Source: Leptolyngbyaceae cyanobacterium | GTDB taxonomy: Bacteria > Cyanobacteriota > Cyanobacteriia > Phormidesmidales > Phormidesmidaceae | DNA: 64,000 bases | Direction of reading: 5' to 3' | NCBI GenBank assembly: GCA_050331235.1 | Contig: JBHJHA010000035.1 | Coordinates: 32,001-96,000 of the forward strand | Shown here: positions 21,839 through 32,519 of the stretch, piece by piece | Numbering within the stretch: the stretch's first letter is position 1 | How the letters are laid out: each line of letters begins with the position of its first letter | Program-made: the position numbers and the translations under genes | The notes under the pieces: model-generated | Databases searched by the model: none | The model's input: only the letters and a program-made list of their open reading frames with translations | Told to the model about the DNA's origin: nothing

Positions 21839-22522
21839 TCAGGGGGGGTGATCTGGGTCTGAAAAACTGTTGATCGCGGTAAACAGCTGATGGGTTTTGC
21901 TCAGACATTTATTGCCAGGAGATAGTTCAACGCCGCTGGATAAATCGATGCCTTGAGGTGCCAGTAACTGGAGCGCGGTCGTCACATTTTTTGCATTAAG
22001 GCCCCCTGCAAGAATCCACGGCACATCAGGTTCAAATTGCTGGAGCGATCGCCAGTCTAAGGTTTCGCCGGTGCCGCCCTGCAGGTGTGGGTGGTAGGCA
22101 TCGAGCAACACAGCATCAACGACTGACTCATAAAGGTTGACGGTTTGCCAATCACTCTGGGTGCGAATCCTCAGCGCTTTGATCAGCTTTGCGGTGGGAA
22201 TCGCTTGACGAATTGCTTGGCATTGCTGGGGCGACTCTTGGCCATGTAACTGCAATGTGGTTAAGCATCCAGTTGAGTAGGCCACTTGCAAAGTTTCGAT
22301 ATCAGCGTCGACGAAGACCCCAACGCGTTCCACTACTCCACAGCCTGCTGCAAGCAACGCTTTACCCATAGCGCGCATCTGTAAAGGCGTCACATATCGA
22401 CTGGACGTGGGAGCCCCAATCATCCCGATCGCTTGGGCGCCCTGTTGGGCGATCGCGACGGCCTGTTCAGGGATGCCCAAGCCACAAATCTTTACCCAAA
22501 GAGATGAATCTACACGGGGCAT
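21839..22522 (-). CDS. trpF: Phosphoribosylanthranilate isomerase
   Basis: VKICG, QLHG, LLDA, GGTG, LAGGL, DLSSGVE. Confidence 0.95.
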   Translation of the reverse strand: MPRVDSSLWVKICGLGIPEQAVAIAQQGAQAIGMIGAPTSSRYVTPLQMRAMGKALLAAGCGVVERVGVFVDADIETLQVAYSTGCLTTLQLHGQESPQQCQAIRQAIPTAKLIKALRIRTQSDWQTVNLYESVVDAVLLDAYHPHLQGGTGETLDWRSLQQFEPDVPWILAGGLNAKNVTTALQLLAPQGIDLSSGVELSPGNKCLSKTHQLFTAINSFSDPDHPP

Positions 22523-22623
22523 GCCGATGCTGTTAACTCTATTAAACATTCTGCCAATCTTGATTCTACGGGTCTTTATGATTCAAAAAACAATGATCTG
22601 GTAATGGTTTGGAGGTTATTATC

Positions 22624-22902
22624 TTGGCTACTTTTTATTGGTTAGCCCAAGCGCAGCAAACGGTCCCCATGACACCATCGTGGTCTTGGCAAACCGCTTT
22701 GATTATGATTGCTTGCAATCTTTTTGCGATTGCCATTGGCCGATTTGCGATCCAAAAAAACGGTGCTGGCCCAGCGCTACCGCTTAGTCTGCCAGGGTTG
22801 TTTGATGGCTTTGGCGTACCAGAGTTGCTCGCGACAGCGAGCTTGGGGCACATTATCGGAGCCGGCATGATTTTAGGGCTAGGCAGCGCTGGCGTCTTAT
22901 AG
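22624..22902 (+). CDS. psaK: Photosystem I subunit PsaK
   Basis: IMIACNLFAIAIG...PELLATASLGHIIGAGMILGL; GGAGG RBS before TTG 22624. Confidence 0.93.
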   Translation: MATFYWLAQAQQTVPMTPSWSWQTALIMIACNLFAIAIGRFAIQKNGAGPALPLSLPGLFDGFGVPELLATASLGHIIGAGMILGLGSAGVL

Positions 22903-23067
22903 CGGTATCGGATCGCCAGCTCCGGCAGCGGCAAAGCGACGGATATCTCCCCTTTCCTTTGCGGGTTCTTTCTCAGCGACCTCTGACGACCCCACCTAAA
23001 ATAAAGAAAGTTGGCAGCGCTCGGCTGTCCAACAATTTATTCGGTTTCTGAACAACTTACTGAAAAT

Positions 23068-24267
23068 ATGCGTTCTGGTTGGCATTTTGGGTCCATTGTG
23101 GGCATCCCTCTCTATCTCGACACCTCCTGGTTTGTCATTGTGCTGCTGGTGACCTTTGTGTACGGTAGCAATCCCCTTTGGCAGCAGCGATGGGGAGATG
23201 TTTCCTGGGTGATCGGTTTGGCGATGGCTCTATTACTGTTTGGTTCAGTGCTATTGCATGAGCTTGGTCATAGCTTGGTAGCGAAGTCACAGGGCATCAA
23301 GGTCAATTCCATTACGCTGTTTTTGTTCGGTGGCATTGCGGCTATTGACCAAGAGTCAAAAACGCCAGGTGAGGCGTTTCAGGTGGCGATCGCTGGTCCA
23401 GCGGTGAGTTTTGCAATCTATACCATGCTGACCCTTTGTAGCCTGTTGCTAGCTTTGCCTGGTCCGGTAGAGGTCTTGTTTGCCAACGTCGCTCAAATTA
23501 ACTTAGTACTGACGCTGTTTAATCTGATTCCAGGTTTACCGCTGGATGGCGGTCAGGTGCTCAAAGCGGCGGTGTGGAAGGCAACGAATAGCCGCATTCG
23601 AGGCGTGCGATGGGCTGCGAGAACGGGGCAGATCCTAGGGTGGACAGCGGTCGTCGGGGGGCTACTGGCCTATCTGGCAGAGCCCAGCTTGGATTTGATC
23701 TGGATTGTGCTGATTGGGGGCTTTGCTATCCGCAATGCAGCTAACTATGGACGAGTCGCAGATCTGCAAGAAACCTTGTCAGAAATGACTGCTGATGACG
23801 CGATGGCAAGGGATTTCCGGGTTCTAGACGCGGCAATGACTTTGCGAGAATTTGCCGATGAGTATTTGATGCAGTCGAGTCGGGCCCCTGTCTATCTCGC
23901 AGCTTCCGATGGCCGCTACCGGGGAGTAGTGCAAATTGATGATGTGCGCGAGATTGAGCGCAGTGAGTGGGAATATCGCACTTTGCTCGAGATTGCGAGG
24001 CCGCTGACCTCGGTGGCAAATGTTCGAGAAACGACTTCCTTGGCGGAAGTGATTACGACATTGGAGCAAGACCAGCTAACTCGACTCATTGTGCTGACGC
24101 CAACCGATGCGATCGCAGGGGTGATTGATCGTGGCGAAGTGGTGCGCGCCCTTGGCAAAAAGCTGAACCTAGCGATCTCCGATTCTGTGATTCAGCGCAT
24201 CAAGGATGAAGGAGAATATCCGCCCAATCTCAAGCTTCCCGCCTTGGCAAAGAGCTTGGAGGAATAA
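23068..24267 (+). CDS. Site-2 (M50) metalloprotease with CBS domains
   Basis: HELGH, AGP, FNLIPGLPLDGG, C-terminal CBS pair. Confidence 0.93.
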   Translation: MRSGWHFGSIVGIPLYLDTSWFVIVLLVTFVYGSNPLWQQRWGDVSWVIGLAMALLLFGSVLLHELGHSLVAKSQGIKVNSITLFLFGGIAAIDQESKTPGEAFQVAIAGPAVSFAIYTMLTLCSLLLALPGPVEVLFANVAQINLVLTLFNLIPGLPLDGGQVLKAAVWKATNSRIRGVRWAARTGQILGWTAVVGGLLAYLAEPSLDLIWIVLIGGFAIRNAANYGRVADLQETLSEMTADDAMARDFRVLDAAMTLREFADEYLMQSSRAPVYLAASDGRYRGVVQIDDVREIERSEWEYRTLLEIARPLTSVANVRETTSLAEVITTLEQDQLTRLIVLTPTDAIAGVIDRGEVVRALGKKLNLAISDSVIQRIKDEGEYPPNLKLPALAKSLEE

Positions 24268-25012
24268 ATAATTCCTGTGCTCGCGCAGCAATTTCAACTT
24301 GCTCGGTCGGGGTTAAAGGGATGACTGCAAAGGTTGCCCCGACTGCCTTAGCTAATTCAGCTTGCATCAAGGCAATTAATGTCTCCAGCCAAGCTTGATG
24401 GGCTTGCAGCGGAATGACGGATGGTGCGGGTGACTGGGGTAGAGCCGCAGTCCCAAAAACCTGTTGATGCAGTGCCCAGTCGGGCCACAGACGTATCGAA
24501 CCGTGCTGGAGTAGGTGGCGATCGCGGCGCAGTTGAGCACTGCCAATTAGCTTGTACCCTGCCGATGTAGTTAGGTCCGCTGTAGTCGACAGCGCAAAGC
24601 AGTTGGGCTGATGGCGATAGTCGCGACCGCCTTGGCCGTATTGCAACTCCACCCCCAAGCTTTGCCATGCTGACACCAAAGCATCACAGATTTGGCGATA
24701 AGCTAGGCGCCGAGAGCCAACCAATGGCATCGTAATTGCATAAGTCAGATCACCTTGGTGTAAGACTGCGCGCCCCCCAGTCGGGCGGCGAACTAAGTCG
24801 ATGGATTGACCGTAGTGGGCCATCTGATGCCAGGCGGCGGGCCAATCGTGCTGGTGGTATCCCAGTGAAATCGCTGCCGGAGACCATTGATAAAATCGCA
24901 CCGTTGGCGGCTGATGACCAGCAATCAGTTGGTCAAGGCACCACAGGTCAATGGCCATTTGCATTGTGCCGTTTGCCACTTGAAACGGTAACAAGCGCCA
25001 AATCTGGGTCAC
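24230..25012 (-). CDS. Lipoate-protein ligase family protein
   Basis: QMAID, VRRPTGGRAVLH, KLIGSAQ, LQHGS. Confidence 0.9.
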   Translation of the reverse strand: MTQIWRLLPFQVANGTMQMAIDLWCLDQLIAGHQPPTVRFYQWSPAAISLGYHQHDWPAAWHQMAHYGQSIDLVRRPTGGRAVLHQGDLTYAITMPLVGSRRLAYRQICDALVSAWQSLGVELQYGQGGRDYRHQPNCFALSTTADLTTSAGYKLIGSAQLRRDRHLLQHGSIRLWPDWALHQQVFGTAALPQSPAPSVIPLQAHQAWLETLIALMQAELAKAVGATFAVIPLTPTEQVEIAARAQELFIPPSSLPRREA

Positions 25013-25066
25013 GGGCAGTCACAATCGCCACGCCAAGGACGGTGCAGATTTAATACATGGCATCTG

Positions 25067-25555
25067 CTAGTTTCCATATTCAGCTTGCAGCGCCTCATCA
25101 TTATCGTCTGCAATAGTGGCAACAATCGTCATCAGGCGAGAAATCTCACCTGGCGAAATTTCAGCCAGTGGGCGACTAGCGAGAACAACAACCTGCTCCC
25201 CCAAAATGCCAAAAGACGCTTCAAAGGTTTCTCCGCAGTTCATCTCCAGCAGATGACGCATGAGTTGGGGCTCATTTTTAGCAGGCAAGCTGAGGACCGG
25301 CGACCACACGGTTAAGATGTCTTCGTCACTGCTACCAGTCAGCTGCACAAAGACTTCGACGCTACCGTATTTAAACTTCCAGAAAGTGCCTTGGTCGCTG
25401 CGGTTGACCATGGCGCTGTGGTCTTGCTCGAGACTACTAATAACGGTCTCGATGACCTCTACATGATCAAAAGTAGCGTTATCCTCGTTTTCACTATCAG
25501 TAAATGTCGGTAACGGATTCATCCCGAGCGGTGTCGATGTCATCGTCTGAGCCAT
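25067..25555 (-). CDS. YbjN / T3S-chaperone-like domain protein
   Basis: WKFKYGSVEVFVQL, LMRHLLEMN, IADDND pattern of the cyanobacterial YbjN family. Confidence 0.75.
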   Translation of the reverse strand: MAQTMTSTPLGMNPLPTFTDSENEDNATFDHVEVIETVISSLEQDHSAMVNRSDQGTFWKFKYGSVEVFVQLTGSSDEDILTVWSPVLSLPAKNEPQLMRHLLEMNCGETFEASFGILGEQVVVLASRPLAEISPGEISRLMTIVATIADDNDEALQAEYGN

Positions 25556-25702
25556 ATATACTGCTCATCCAAATCTAACCGCTGTCGGGTTGATCGAACA
25601 GACTAAGCGGAGAATTTTTAATCTGGTCACTACCCAGGGTGGGTCCAGACTCACCGAAAGTCTTCTCCGTAGTTAAAAAAGATGGAACGCCGGCACCCAA
25701 GG

Positions 25703-26791
25703 CTATACGGACTTGCGAGCAATCCAGTACTTACTCACAAAATGAACTTCGGTTTCAATCTCTTGGAACCCCGCTTGGATAAGGCGATCGCTCAAGTTGT
25801 CGTAGGTGTAGTCCCGATAGAACGGCTCATGGAACAGAGCAGGAAAGTTGATCATCATGGGCTCTAACTCTGGGGTATCGACCATTTGGATAGAGTCACA
25901 GATGATGAAAGTGCCCCCTGGCTTGGTCACTCGATAGGCTTCGTCAATAATTTGCTGACGAACGGGCCCTGGCAACTCGTGGAATAAAAATACGCAGGTT
26001 AGTGCGTCAAAATAATTACCCCGATAGGGCATATCCTCAGCTTTGCCCTGCACAAGCTGGGGCAAGGTGCCAGGGGTCTCTGACAAGAGTTGGTTGGCTT
26101 TGCGTAGGTAAGCAGGGGAAAGGTCAATACCAAATAGAGCGACCTCAGGGAATACTTCCCGCAGCATTTTGAGCGTCCGAGCGGTACCGCAGGCCACATC
26201 TAGGACTTTGAGGGGCTCACGGGGTTGCTCAGGCGATCGCTCAATTGTATCTGTGACAGTTTGCTTGACCTGCAAAGCCTGCTTGAGCGGGGCTAAAATG
26301 CGCCGACGCATCGGATCAGCCGTACCGCCAAACAGTAGCTCGACTTGGGTGTCATACAAATTGGCGGACAAATCACTTAGATAGCCGTTGGTTTGATGAT
26401 GAAAGTTGCGCAGATAGTAACGCGGATAAATCGACGTATCGATGTCCTGGTCAAATGCCTTGATGTCATCAGTTTCAATCCGGTCCCAAATGGCGGGCAA
26501 ATCCAACCAGATGGCGGGATAGTACTGCAAAAAATCCATCCAAGGATTGTCGAATAACAAAGACTTGGGATAAATGCCTGCTTCCGCGTCTTGCCAATCT
26601 GCCTCGAGTAAAGCCTGACGACGAGTGGAAATTTCTTCCAAAAACTCGGGAGAAATTGACTTCAGCTCAAACTTGATTTGCGGACGGAGCAGTTCGCGGA
26701 GTTGTGTCGCGATCGCTTTGTGGCCGAGGCCGAAATAGTTTTTGCCATCTTGGAAGGCTTGGTAGGCAAACTTGGTCAACGTATCAGGCAT
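25703..26791 (-). CDS. Class I SAM-dependent methyltransferase
   Basis: VLDVACGT, GIDLS, FLFHELP, KPGG; YYLRNFHHQTNGYLS family motif. Confidence 0.9.
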   Translation of the reverse strand: MPDTLTKFAYQAFQDGKNYFGLGHKAIATQLRELLRPQIKFELKSISPEFLEEISTRRQALLEADWQDAEAGIYPKSLLFDNPWMDFLQYYPAIWLDLPAIWDRIETDDIKAFDQDIDTSIYPRYYLRNFHHQTNGYLSDLSANLYDTQVELLFGGTADPMRRRILAPLKQALQVKQTVTDTIERSPEQPREPLKVLDVACGTARTLKMLREVFPEVALFGIDLSPAYLRKANQLLSETPGTLPQLVQGKAEDMPYRGNYFDALTCVFLFHELPGPVRQQIIDEAYRVTKPGGTFIICDSIQMVDTPELEPMMINFPALFHEPFYRDYTYDNLSDRLIQAGFQEIETEVHFVSKYWIARKSV

Positions 26792-26931
26792 TGGAGATAA
26801 GTCAGAAAGACAGCAACATAAATTCAATTATTATGAATTGTAACGAATCTTCAGTGCTTAGGGGAGTCAACGCTCATCGATTTTCCTTCAGTCATAGCCA
26901 ATTCGATGCCTGGATTCTCCTAGTGCATTGC

Positions 26932-26957
26932 AAAAAAAAGCCGCCCGAAGGCGGCTT
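26932..26957 (-). terminator. Intrinsic terminator of glnA
   Basis: AAGCCGCC-CGAA-GGCGGCTT perfect stem followed by a poly-U run on the minus strand, about 50 nt after the glnA stop. Confidence 0.85.
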
Positions 26958-27008
26958 GTACCCTAGATTCACAGAGGGATAAGTGAATACTGAGACCAAA
27001 CAGGTGAA

Positions 27009-28427
27009 TTAGCAGTCGTAGTACAGCGCTAACTCATAGGGATGAGGACGCAAACGCATGGGGTTCACTTCGTTATCCAGCTTGTACTCAATCCAGTTTT
27101 GGATGAAGTCTTCAGTAAAGACACCGCCACTGATCAAAAATTCATGATCTTCTTCCAACGCTTTGAGGGCGTCTAAGAGTGAGCCGGGGGTAGACGGAAT
27201 TTTCGCCAACTCTTCAGGGCTGAGGTCGTAGATGTCAACATCCAGCGGATCGCCCGGATCAATCTGATTCTTAATCCCGTCGATCCCTGCACAGAGCATG
27301 GCAGCAAACGCCAAGTAGGGGTTAGAAGTGGCGTCTGGGCAACGGAATTCCAAACGCTTAGCTTTGGGGCTATCGCCAGATAGCGGAATCCGGACCGATG
27401 CCGAGCGGTTGCCTTGTGAGTAAGCCAAATTAACCGGTGCCTCAAAGCCAGGAACCAGACGCTTATAAGAGTTAGTTGTGGGGTTGGTGAAAGCCAACAA
27501 TGCGGGGGCATGCTTGAGAATGCCGCCGATGTACCACAGGGCAGTCTGGCTCAAACCAGCGTACTTATCACCCGCCATTTGAGGTTCTCCATCCTTCCAG
27601 ATGGATTGGTGAGTGTGCATGCCAGAGCCATTGTCGTTAAACAAAGGCTTGGGCATGAAAGTGACGGTTTTTCCGTACTTTTTCGCGACGTTTTTGATGC
27701 AGTACTTATAGATCATCAACCAGTCGGCAGCCTGAATCAGCTCGCCAAACTTAATGCCTAGCTCGCACTGGCCACCAGTTGCCACTTCGTGGTGATGCTT
27801 CTCAATAGGCACGCCCAACTGAGCCATGGTCAACAGCATTTCGCTGCGCATGTCTTGTGACGTATCTGTGGGTGATACCGGGAAATAGCCTTCTTTGTAG
27901 CGAGGCTTATAGCCAAGGTTGCCACCTTCTTCTTCGCGCCCAGTATTCCAGCGGCCTTCAACACTGTCAACGTAGTAGTAAGAAGAGTGCTCGGTTTGGT
28001 CAAAGCGAACGTCGTCAAAGATAAAGAACTCTGCTTCAGGACCAAAGTAAGCGGTGTCGCCAATCCCAGACGATTTCAGATATTCAATCGCCTTCGTGGC
28101 CACGGCCCGCGGACACCGTTCGTAGAGGGCACCCGTGCGAGGCTCTTTGATCGTGCAAATCATGCTGAGGGTCGGCTCCGCGTAAAACGGATCGATCCAA
28201 GCAGAGTCTGGATCAGGCACCATCATCATGTCGGATTCGTTAATCGCCTTCCAACCGCGAATACTGGAGCCATCGAAAGCAACACCGTCAGTAAAGCTGC
28301 CGGCGTCAATTTGGCTGACGTGTACGGTTAAATGCTGCCAGATGCCTGGCAAATCGATAAACTTCAGATCGATCAGCTGAATATTTTCATCTTCAATCTT
28401 TTTCAAGATATCTTCAGCAGTCGCCAT
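27009..28427 (-). CDS. glnA: Glutamine synthetase type I
   Basis: [53 protein letters not shown]. Confidence 0.99.
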   Translation of the reverse strand: MATAEDILKKIEDENIQLIDLKFIDLPGIWQHLTVHVSQIDAGSFTDGVAFDGSSIRGWKAINESDMMMVPDPDSAWIDPFYAEPTLSMICTIKEPRTGALYERCPRAVATKAIEYLKSSGIGDTAYFGPEAEFFIFDDVRFDQTEHSSYYYVDSVEGRWNTGREEEGGNLGYKPRYKEGYFPVSPTDTSQDMRSEMLLTMAQLGVPIEKHHHEVATGGQCELGIKFGELIQAADWLMIYKYCIKNVAKKYGKTVTFMPKPLFNDNGSGMHTHQSIWKDGEPQMAGDKYAGLSQTALWYIGGILKHAPALLAFTNPTTNSYKRLVPGFEAPVNLAYSQGNRSASVRIPLSGDSPKAKRLEFRCPDATSNPYLAFAAMLCAGIDGIKNQIDPGDPLDVDIYDLSPEELAKIPSTPGSLLDALKALEEDHEFLISGGVFTEDFIQNWIEYKLDNEVNPMRLRPHPYELALYYDC

Positions 28428-28611
28428 GTATTACTCCTTTACTCTCCAAGTCCTTACGCAACTTGTGTTCTGGGGCTAATAAAGTAGACAGCCTCCTCAA
28501 AAGATGTGCCAACAGCCTCCCTCATGAGTTAGAGGCGTTTGCATACCTCTTGAATGGCTTTGCACGTTATCCGAAAGATGTCTGCTACCGGAGCCTTAAG
28601 TTGTCTGACTC

Positions 28612-28653
28612 ATCCTATGGATAGGGATTGGCAGCTTTTGTATCAAGTTTTAC
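28612..28653 (-). promoter_or_regulatory. Canonical NtcA-activated promoter of glnA
   Basis: Minus strand GTA-AAACTTGA-TAC (28653-28640), exactly 22 nt spacer, then TAGGAT -10 box (28617-28612). Confidence 0.9.
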
Positions 28654-28900
28654 TAAAGCAGAAACCCATCGCCGGATAGAGGCCATTTAATCCGTGTTTG
28701 AGTCTGTTTGGCGAATAAATTGGCTGATTATCAATAGGGCGTTGAGCGTAGCTTATGTTGGAAAATTCAAGTATGCCGCCTGCGGTGGATCTACTAGCCG
28801 GTGTTCAGGCTAGGACTGTAATCAAAGCCAGTTAGGTGGTTTTGCAGCTAGCGATTAACTCATTGATCGGGATGTAGATAGACCAGAAAGACGAGGCTGA

Positions 28901-28928
28901 AATGTTGAGAAATGTATCTGAATGTAAC
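28901..28928. promoter_or_regulatory. HLR1-like (RpaB) triple direct repeat upstream of apcF
   Basis: Minus strand GTTACATT-CA-GATACATT-TC-TCAACATT; 10-nt period, with 0, 1 and 2 mismatches to (G/T)TTACA(T/A)(T/A). Confidence 0.6.
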
Positions 28929-29181
28929 AATAATTGGGCTGAGTTCTTCATGTTTCTCTGTACAGTCCTTTGCCCTTCTAAGTCGCGTGATAGACTGACT
29001 CTTGGCTGATTTAAAGGCTGTCCGGTCGAGCTGTTCGGCAGCTTACACTGGTCAATTTTATGAGAAAAATTTTCTGGAAATGCCAAATTTAACTTGGCAT
29101 TTTGCTCATGTGCGATCGCAATTTCAGAAGTAGGAAATCGTATTTCTGGAATTTTTAAGACTGATTGGGAGAAGAACGTTC

Positions 29182-29691
29182 ATGCGGGACGCCGTAACGA
29201 CATTAATCCGAGACTACGATTCGACAGGACGTTATCTAGACCAAAACGCCCTCGACTCCTTGAAGAGCTACTTTGATACGGGAATCAATCGGGTGCAGGT
29301 GGCGACCATGATCAGCGCCCAGGCGGCTGAAATAGTCAAGGCTGCTGCTAATCAACTGTTTGAGACGGTGCCTGAGCTGCTCCGCCCAGGCGGGAATGCT
29401 TACACGACTCGCCGTTATGCAGCCTGCCTGAGAGATATGGACTATTACCTCCGCTACGGCAGCTATGCCTTAGTAGCTGGTAATTCCGACGTATTGAATG
29501 AGCGCGTGTTGCAAGGACTGCGCGAAACCTATAACTCTTTGGGCGTGCCCATTGCTCCCACCGTTGTCGGCATTCAAATCATGAAAGACATGGTGAAAGA
29601 GAAAGCGGCTGATGCGGGTATCGAGGACACCAGCTTCGTTGACCAACCCTTTGACCATATGCTGAGAGAGCTGAGTGAAGTCAGCATTTAA
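29182..29691 (+). CDS. apcF: Allophycocyanin beta-18 subunit
   Basis: MRDAVTTLI, GGNAYTTRRYAACLRDMDYYLRY, 169 aa, divergent from glnA. Confidence 0.93.
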   Translation: MRDAVTTLIRDYDSTGRYLDQNALDSLKSYFDTGINRVQVATMISAQAAEIVKAAANQLFETVPELLRPGGNAYTTRRYAACLRDMDYYLRYGSYALVAGNSDVLNERVLQGLRETYNSLGVPIAPTVVGIQIMKDMVKEKAADAGIEDTSFVDQPFDHMLRELSEVSI

Positions 29692-29729
29692 GCGATAGAT
29701 TTGCCTTTCCACTTGAGAAACTGGAATGT

Positions 29730-29756
29730 GGGGTGCCGTTTGGCGCCCCTTTTTTT
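29730..29756 (+). terminator. Intrinsic terminator of apcF
   Basis: GGGGTGCC-GTTT-GGCGCCCC followed by T7. Confidence 0.85.
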
Positions 29757-29874
29757 GTATGACTCTCGCATGGCCACTTTCTATTCAGTCGGGCTGATTC
29801 TATCTGGTCGGGCCGACTTGCGGCGGAGTCACTTACCCTAAGAACAAAGATTGACAGTCAGTTGGTGGGCAGCA

Positions 29875-31176
29875 ATGGCATCCTACTTTGCGGGTTTAGA
29901 CTTTGGCACTTCGGGGGCGCGGTTGGCGGTGATCGATGCCGACCAGCAGGCGGTGGTGGGACATCACACCGACTTTGCCTCGGTTGATCCTCAGGACTGG
30001 CCCCAGCAGTGGCTATCGGCGTTACGGAACCTACTGGCAAGTCTTGCTGCCGATGTGCGATCGCAGCTGCGGGCGATCGCGATCAATGGCACTTCCGCGA
30101 CGGTGCTGCTTTGTAATGAGGTCGGACAGCCCGTTACCCCGCCGTTGCTCTACAACGATGCTCGGGGACAAACTCAGCAGGAATTTTTGGCGACCGTCGC
30201 CTCAGCTGGTAGCCCGGCGCTGAGTGCCACATCTAGCCTGGCCAAGCTTCTGTGGTGGCGACAAACCCTGCCATCCGAGACTTGTCAGGAGGCGCGCCAC
30301 CTAATGCATCAAGCGGACTGGTTAGCCTGTCACCTCCACGGTCAAATGGGTTTGACTGACTATCACAACGCACTCAAACTGGGCTATGACGTCGATCAGT
30401 TGCGATATCCTGACTGGCTGAGCGAGGCGTTACAACCGATGAGCCTCACGGCTTGGCTGCCTGAGGTACAGGCTCCCGGTTCCCTATTCGGCTTGGTCAG
30501 TGCTGCCGCTAGGGCACAGCACGGTCTGCCCAATGACTGCGTCGTCATCGCCGGTACCACTGATAGTATCGCCGCCTTTCTGGCCAGTGGTGCTAAGGCT
30601 GTGGGCGAGGCTGTGACCTCTCTCGGGTCGACCCTCGTGATCAAGCTGGTGAGCCCCATCCAGATCAATGACAGCCGTTATGGGATCTACAGTCATCGCT
30701 TAGGGGCCTGCTGGTTGGTGGGTGGAGCGTCTAACACTGGCGGAGCAGTCCTCAAGCAATTTTTTACGGACGCTGAGCTGGAGACGCTGAGTGCCCGCAT
30801 CAGCCCCGAGCAAGCGTCGCCGCTGCGATATTACCCGTTGCCAAAGCCTGGAGAACGCTTTCCTTTGAATGATCCGCAGCTGCTCCCCCAAATCTCCCCA
30901 CGGCCTAAGAGTGACGTTGAATTTTTGCATGGGTTGCTAGAGGGAATTGCTCGAATTGAAGCGCAGGGATATCAGCGACTCACTGAACTAGGAGCCCCCC
31001 CAGTGAAACAGGTGTATACCGCAGGAGGAGGGGCGAAGAATCAGGTTTGGCAAACCATTCGCCAGCGCTGTCTGTCAGTGCCGGTAGTTCCTGCTGAGGC
31101 GACGGATGCTGCGTTGGGGACAGCAAAATTAGCTTATCAAGGCTGGCTGGCACAGCCAACGGAAACAGAGGCATAA
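29875..31176 (+). CDS. FGGY family carbohydrate kinase (D-ribulokinase-like)
   Basis: GLDFGTSG, GTS, YND, GTTDS, SLGSTL, GGASNTGG, AGGG. Confidence 0.9.
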   Translation: MASYFAGLDFGTSGARLAVIDADQQAVVGHHTDFASVDPQDWPQQWLSALRNLLASLAADVRSQLRAIAINGTSATVLLCNEVGQPVTPPLLYNDARGQTQQEFLATVASAGSPALSATSSLAKLLWWRQTLPSETCQEARHLMHQADWLACHLHGQMGLTDYHNALKLGYDVDQLRYPDWLSEALQPMSLTAWLPEVQAPGSLFGLVSAAARAQHGLPNDCVVIAGTTDSIAAFLASGAKAVGEAVTSLGSTLVIKLVSPIQINDSRYGIYSHRLGACWLVGGASNTGGAVLKQFFTDAELETLSARISPEQASPLRYYPLPKPGERFPLNDPQLLPQISPRPKSDVEFLHGLLEGIARIEAQGYQRLTELGAPPVKQVYTAGGGAKNQVWQTIRQRCLSVPVVPAEATDAALGTAKLAYQGWLAQPTETEA

Positions 31177-31179
31177 AAC

Positions 31180-31213
31180 AAAAAGCCTGAGACACACGCT
31201 GTGCATCTCAGGC
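31180..31213 (-). terminator. Probable terminator after petG (possibly bidirectional)
   Basis: GCCTGAGA...TCTCAGGC stem with an A-run on the + strand side (U-run on minus). Confidence 0.6.
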
Positions 31214-31263
31214 GGACTCGCGTGGGGCCGAGACCCGTGCGAGTCGAATGTTCGTGGCAGAGA

Positions 31264-31380
31264 TTAGTCGATATCGAGCTGGTTACCGCGACGATATTGC
31301 ATGTAGGCCGCAACAAAGAGACCAGCCAAAGTTACCGGAATCAAGCCCAGCACAATTCCACTCAAAAGGGGTTCAACCAC
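31264..31380 (-). CDS. petG: Cytochrome b6f subunit V (not in ORF track)
   Basis: GTG-started [47 protein letters not shown], divergent from cytM. Confidence 0.97.
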   Translation of the reverse strand: MVEPLLSGIVLGLIPVTLAGLFVAAYMQYRRGNQLDID

Positions 31381-31585
31381 GCCAAACGGCTCCTTACAAT
31401 CACAGCAGTTGTCTAGTGTGTTTTTATTATCTCATTCTTGTTGAGAAGTAAGAAGCAGTTGCTAGGAACAACCCGCGATCGCTTAATAGTTTGCAATATA
31501 TAAACCTTAAGGGAAGGTTTGTATGCTGATTGCTCTCGCTTTTTTTAAGCTATGTTAATAATGCAACATAAATTATGCAGAATCC

Positions 31586-31975
31586 TTGACTGACAACGCG
31601 CTTGAACAAGAAAGACAGCTGTCATCGGCGACAGTTTTACGAGTCGCCGGCTGGGTTGGCCTCATAGCTGCGATCGTGTTGGTCGTGGTCTTTTGGGTGC
31701 GGCACAGCTTTGCCGCAGAACCCTATGTCCAAGATGTTTTATCCCTCACGGGGGATGGTGTCCGGGGGCAGGAAATTTTTCAGATGAACTGTGCGGTTTG
31801 TCATGGCATGGAAGCTGACGGTGAGGTAGGTCCCAGTCTTTTAGGCGTTTCGGCACGCAAATCAAAGTCAAAGCTGATTCAGCAGGTGGTCAGCGGCAAT
31901 ACGCCACCGATGCCGCAGTTTCAGCCAGAGCCTCAAGTAATGGCCGACTTGCTTGACTATTTGGAACAGCTGTAA
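31586..31975 (+). CDS. cytM: Cytochrome cM
   Basis: N-terminal TM helix, CAVCH heme motif, GPSL, TPPMPQFQP; adjacent to petG. Confidence 0.88.
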   Translation: MTDNALEQERQLSSATVLRVAGWVGLIAAIVLVVVFWVRHSFAAEPYVQDVLSLTGDGVRGQEIFQMNCAVCHGMEADGEVGPSLLGVSARKSKSKLIQQVVSGNTPPMPQFQPEPQVMADLLDYLEQL

Positions 31976-32012
31976 TCAGCGCGTGAGGTCAGCCGAGTCA
32001 GCGATTGCCTGC

Positions 32013-32468
32013 TTAGTTGTAGTCACCGGCAACAAAATCGGGCTGGTGGTGGTCAGGAATGGGCCAGTCTTCGTTTTCTCCACCAATCAACACTTGCTCG
32101 ATGGAGACATAGTCTTCGCCGAACTGCTTGAGTGCATTCAGTAGGATATCTAGGGCGATCGCGTCAGATGTGCCCAAGTCAAACCAGCAGCGAGCCCAGA
32201 GCCCTTCATATTCCACCGTGCTCATATTGTGCATGAGCGACACCAACGTGTCTCCGGACGGCGAATCGTCGTAATGCATATAGCTGATTTCGAGGCCAGT
32301 GTCCTGGACTTGCAAATTTTCCGCGTTGAAGCCGCCCAGCTTACCCAAAAAGAACCAGGAGTTGAAGATTTCGTCGACATACTGCTGCTCTAGCTGAGAA
32401 GGCACCGTGGAAAACTGGAGCCAAATCCATAGGTTGAAGAAATCACACTCACGAAATTGGATATGCAT
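32013..32468 (-). CDS. DUF3531 family protein
   Basis: SWFFLGKLGGFNAENLQV, WARCWFDLGTSD. Confidence 0.8.
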   Translation of the reverse strand: MHIQFRECDFFNLWIWLQFSTVPSQLEQQYVDEIFNSWFFLGKLGGFNAENLQVQDTGLEISYMHYDDSPSGDTLVSLMHNMSTVEYEGLWARCWFDLGTSDAIALDILLNALKQFGEDYVSIEQVLIGGENEDWPIPDHHQPDFVAGDYN

Positions 32469-32519
32469 GGTTCGATGTCACTCCTAAAAACGAGGAAATG
32501 GGGCAGGCTGGGGTTTGGG

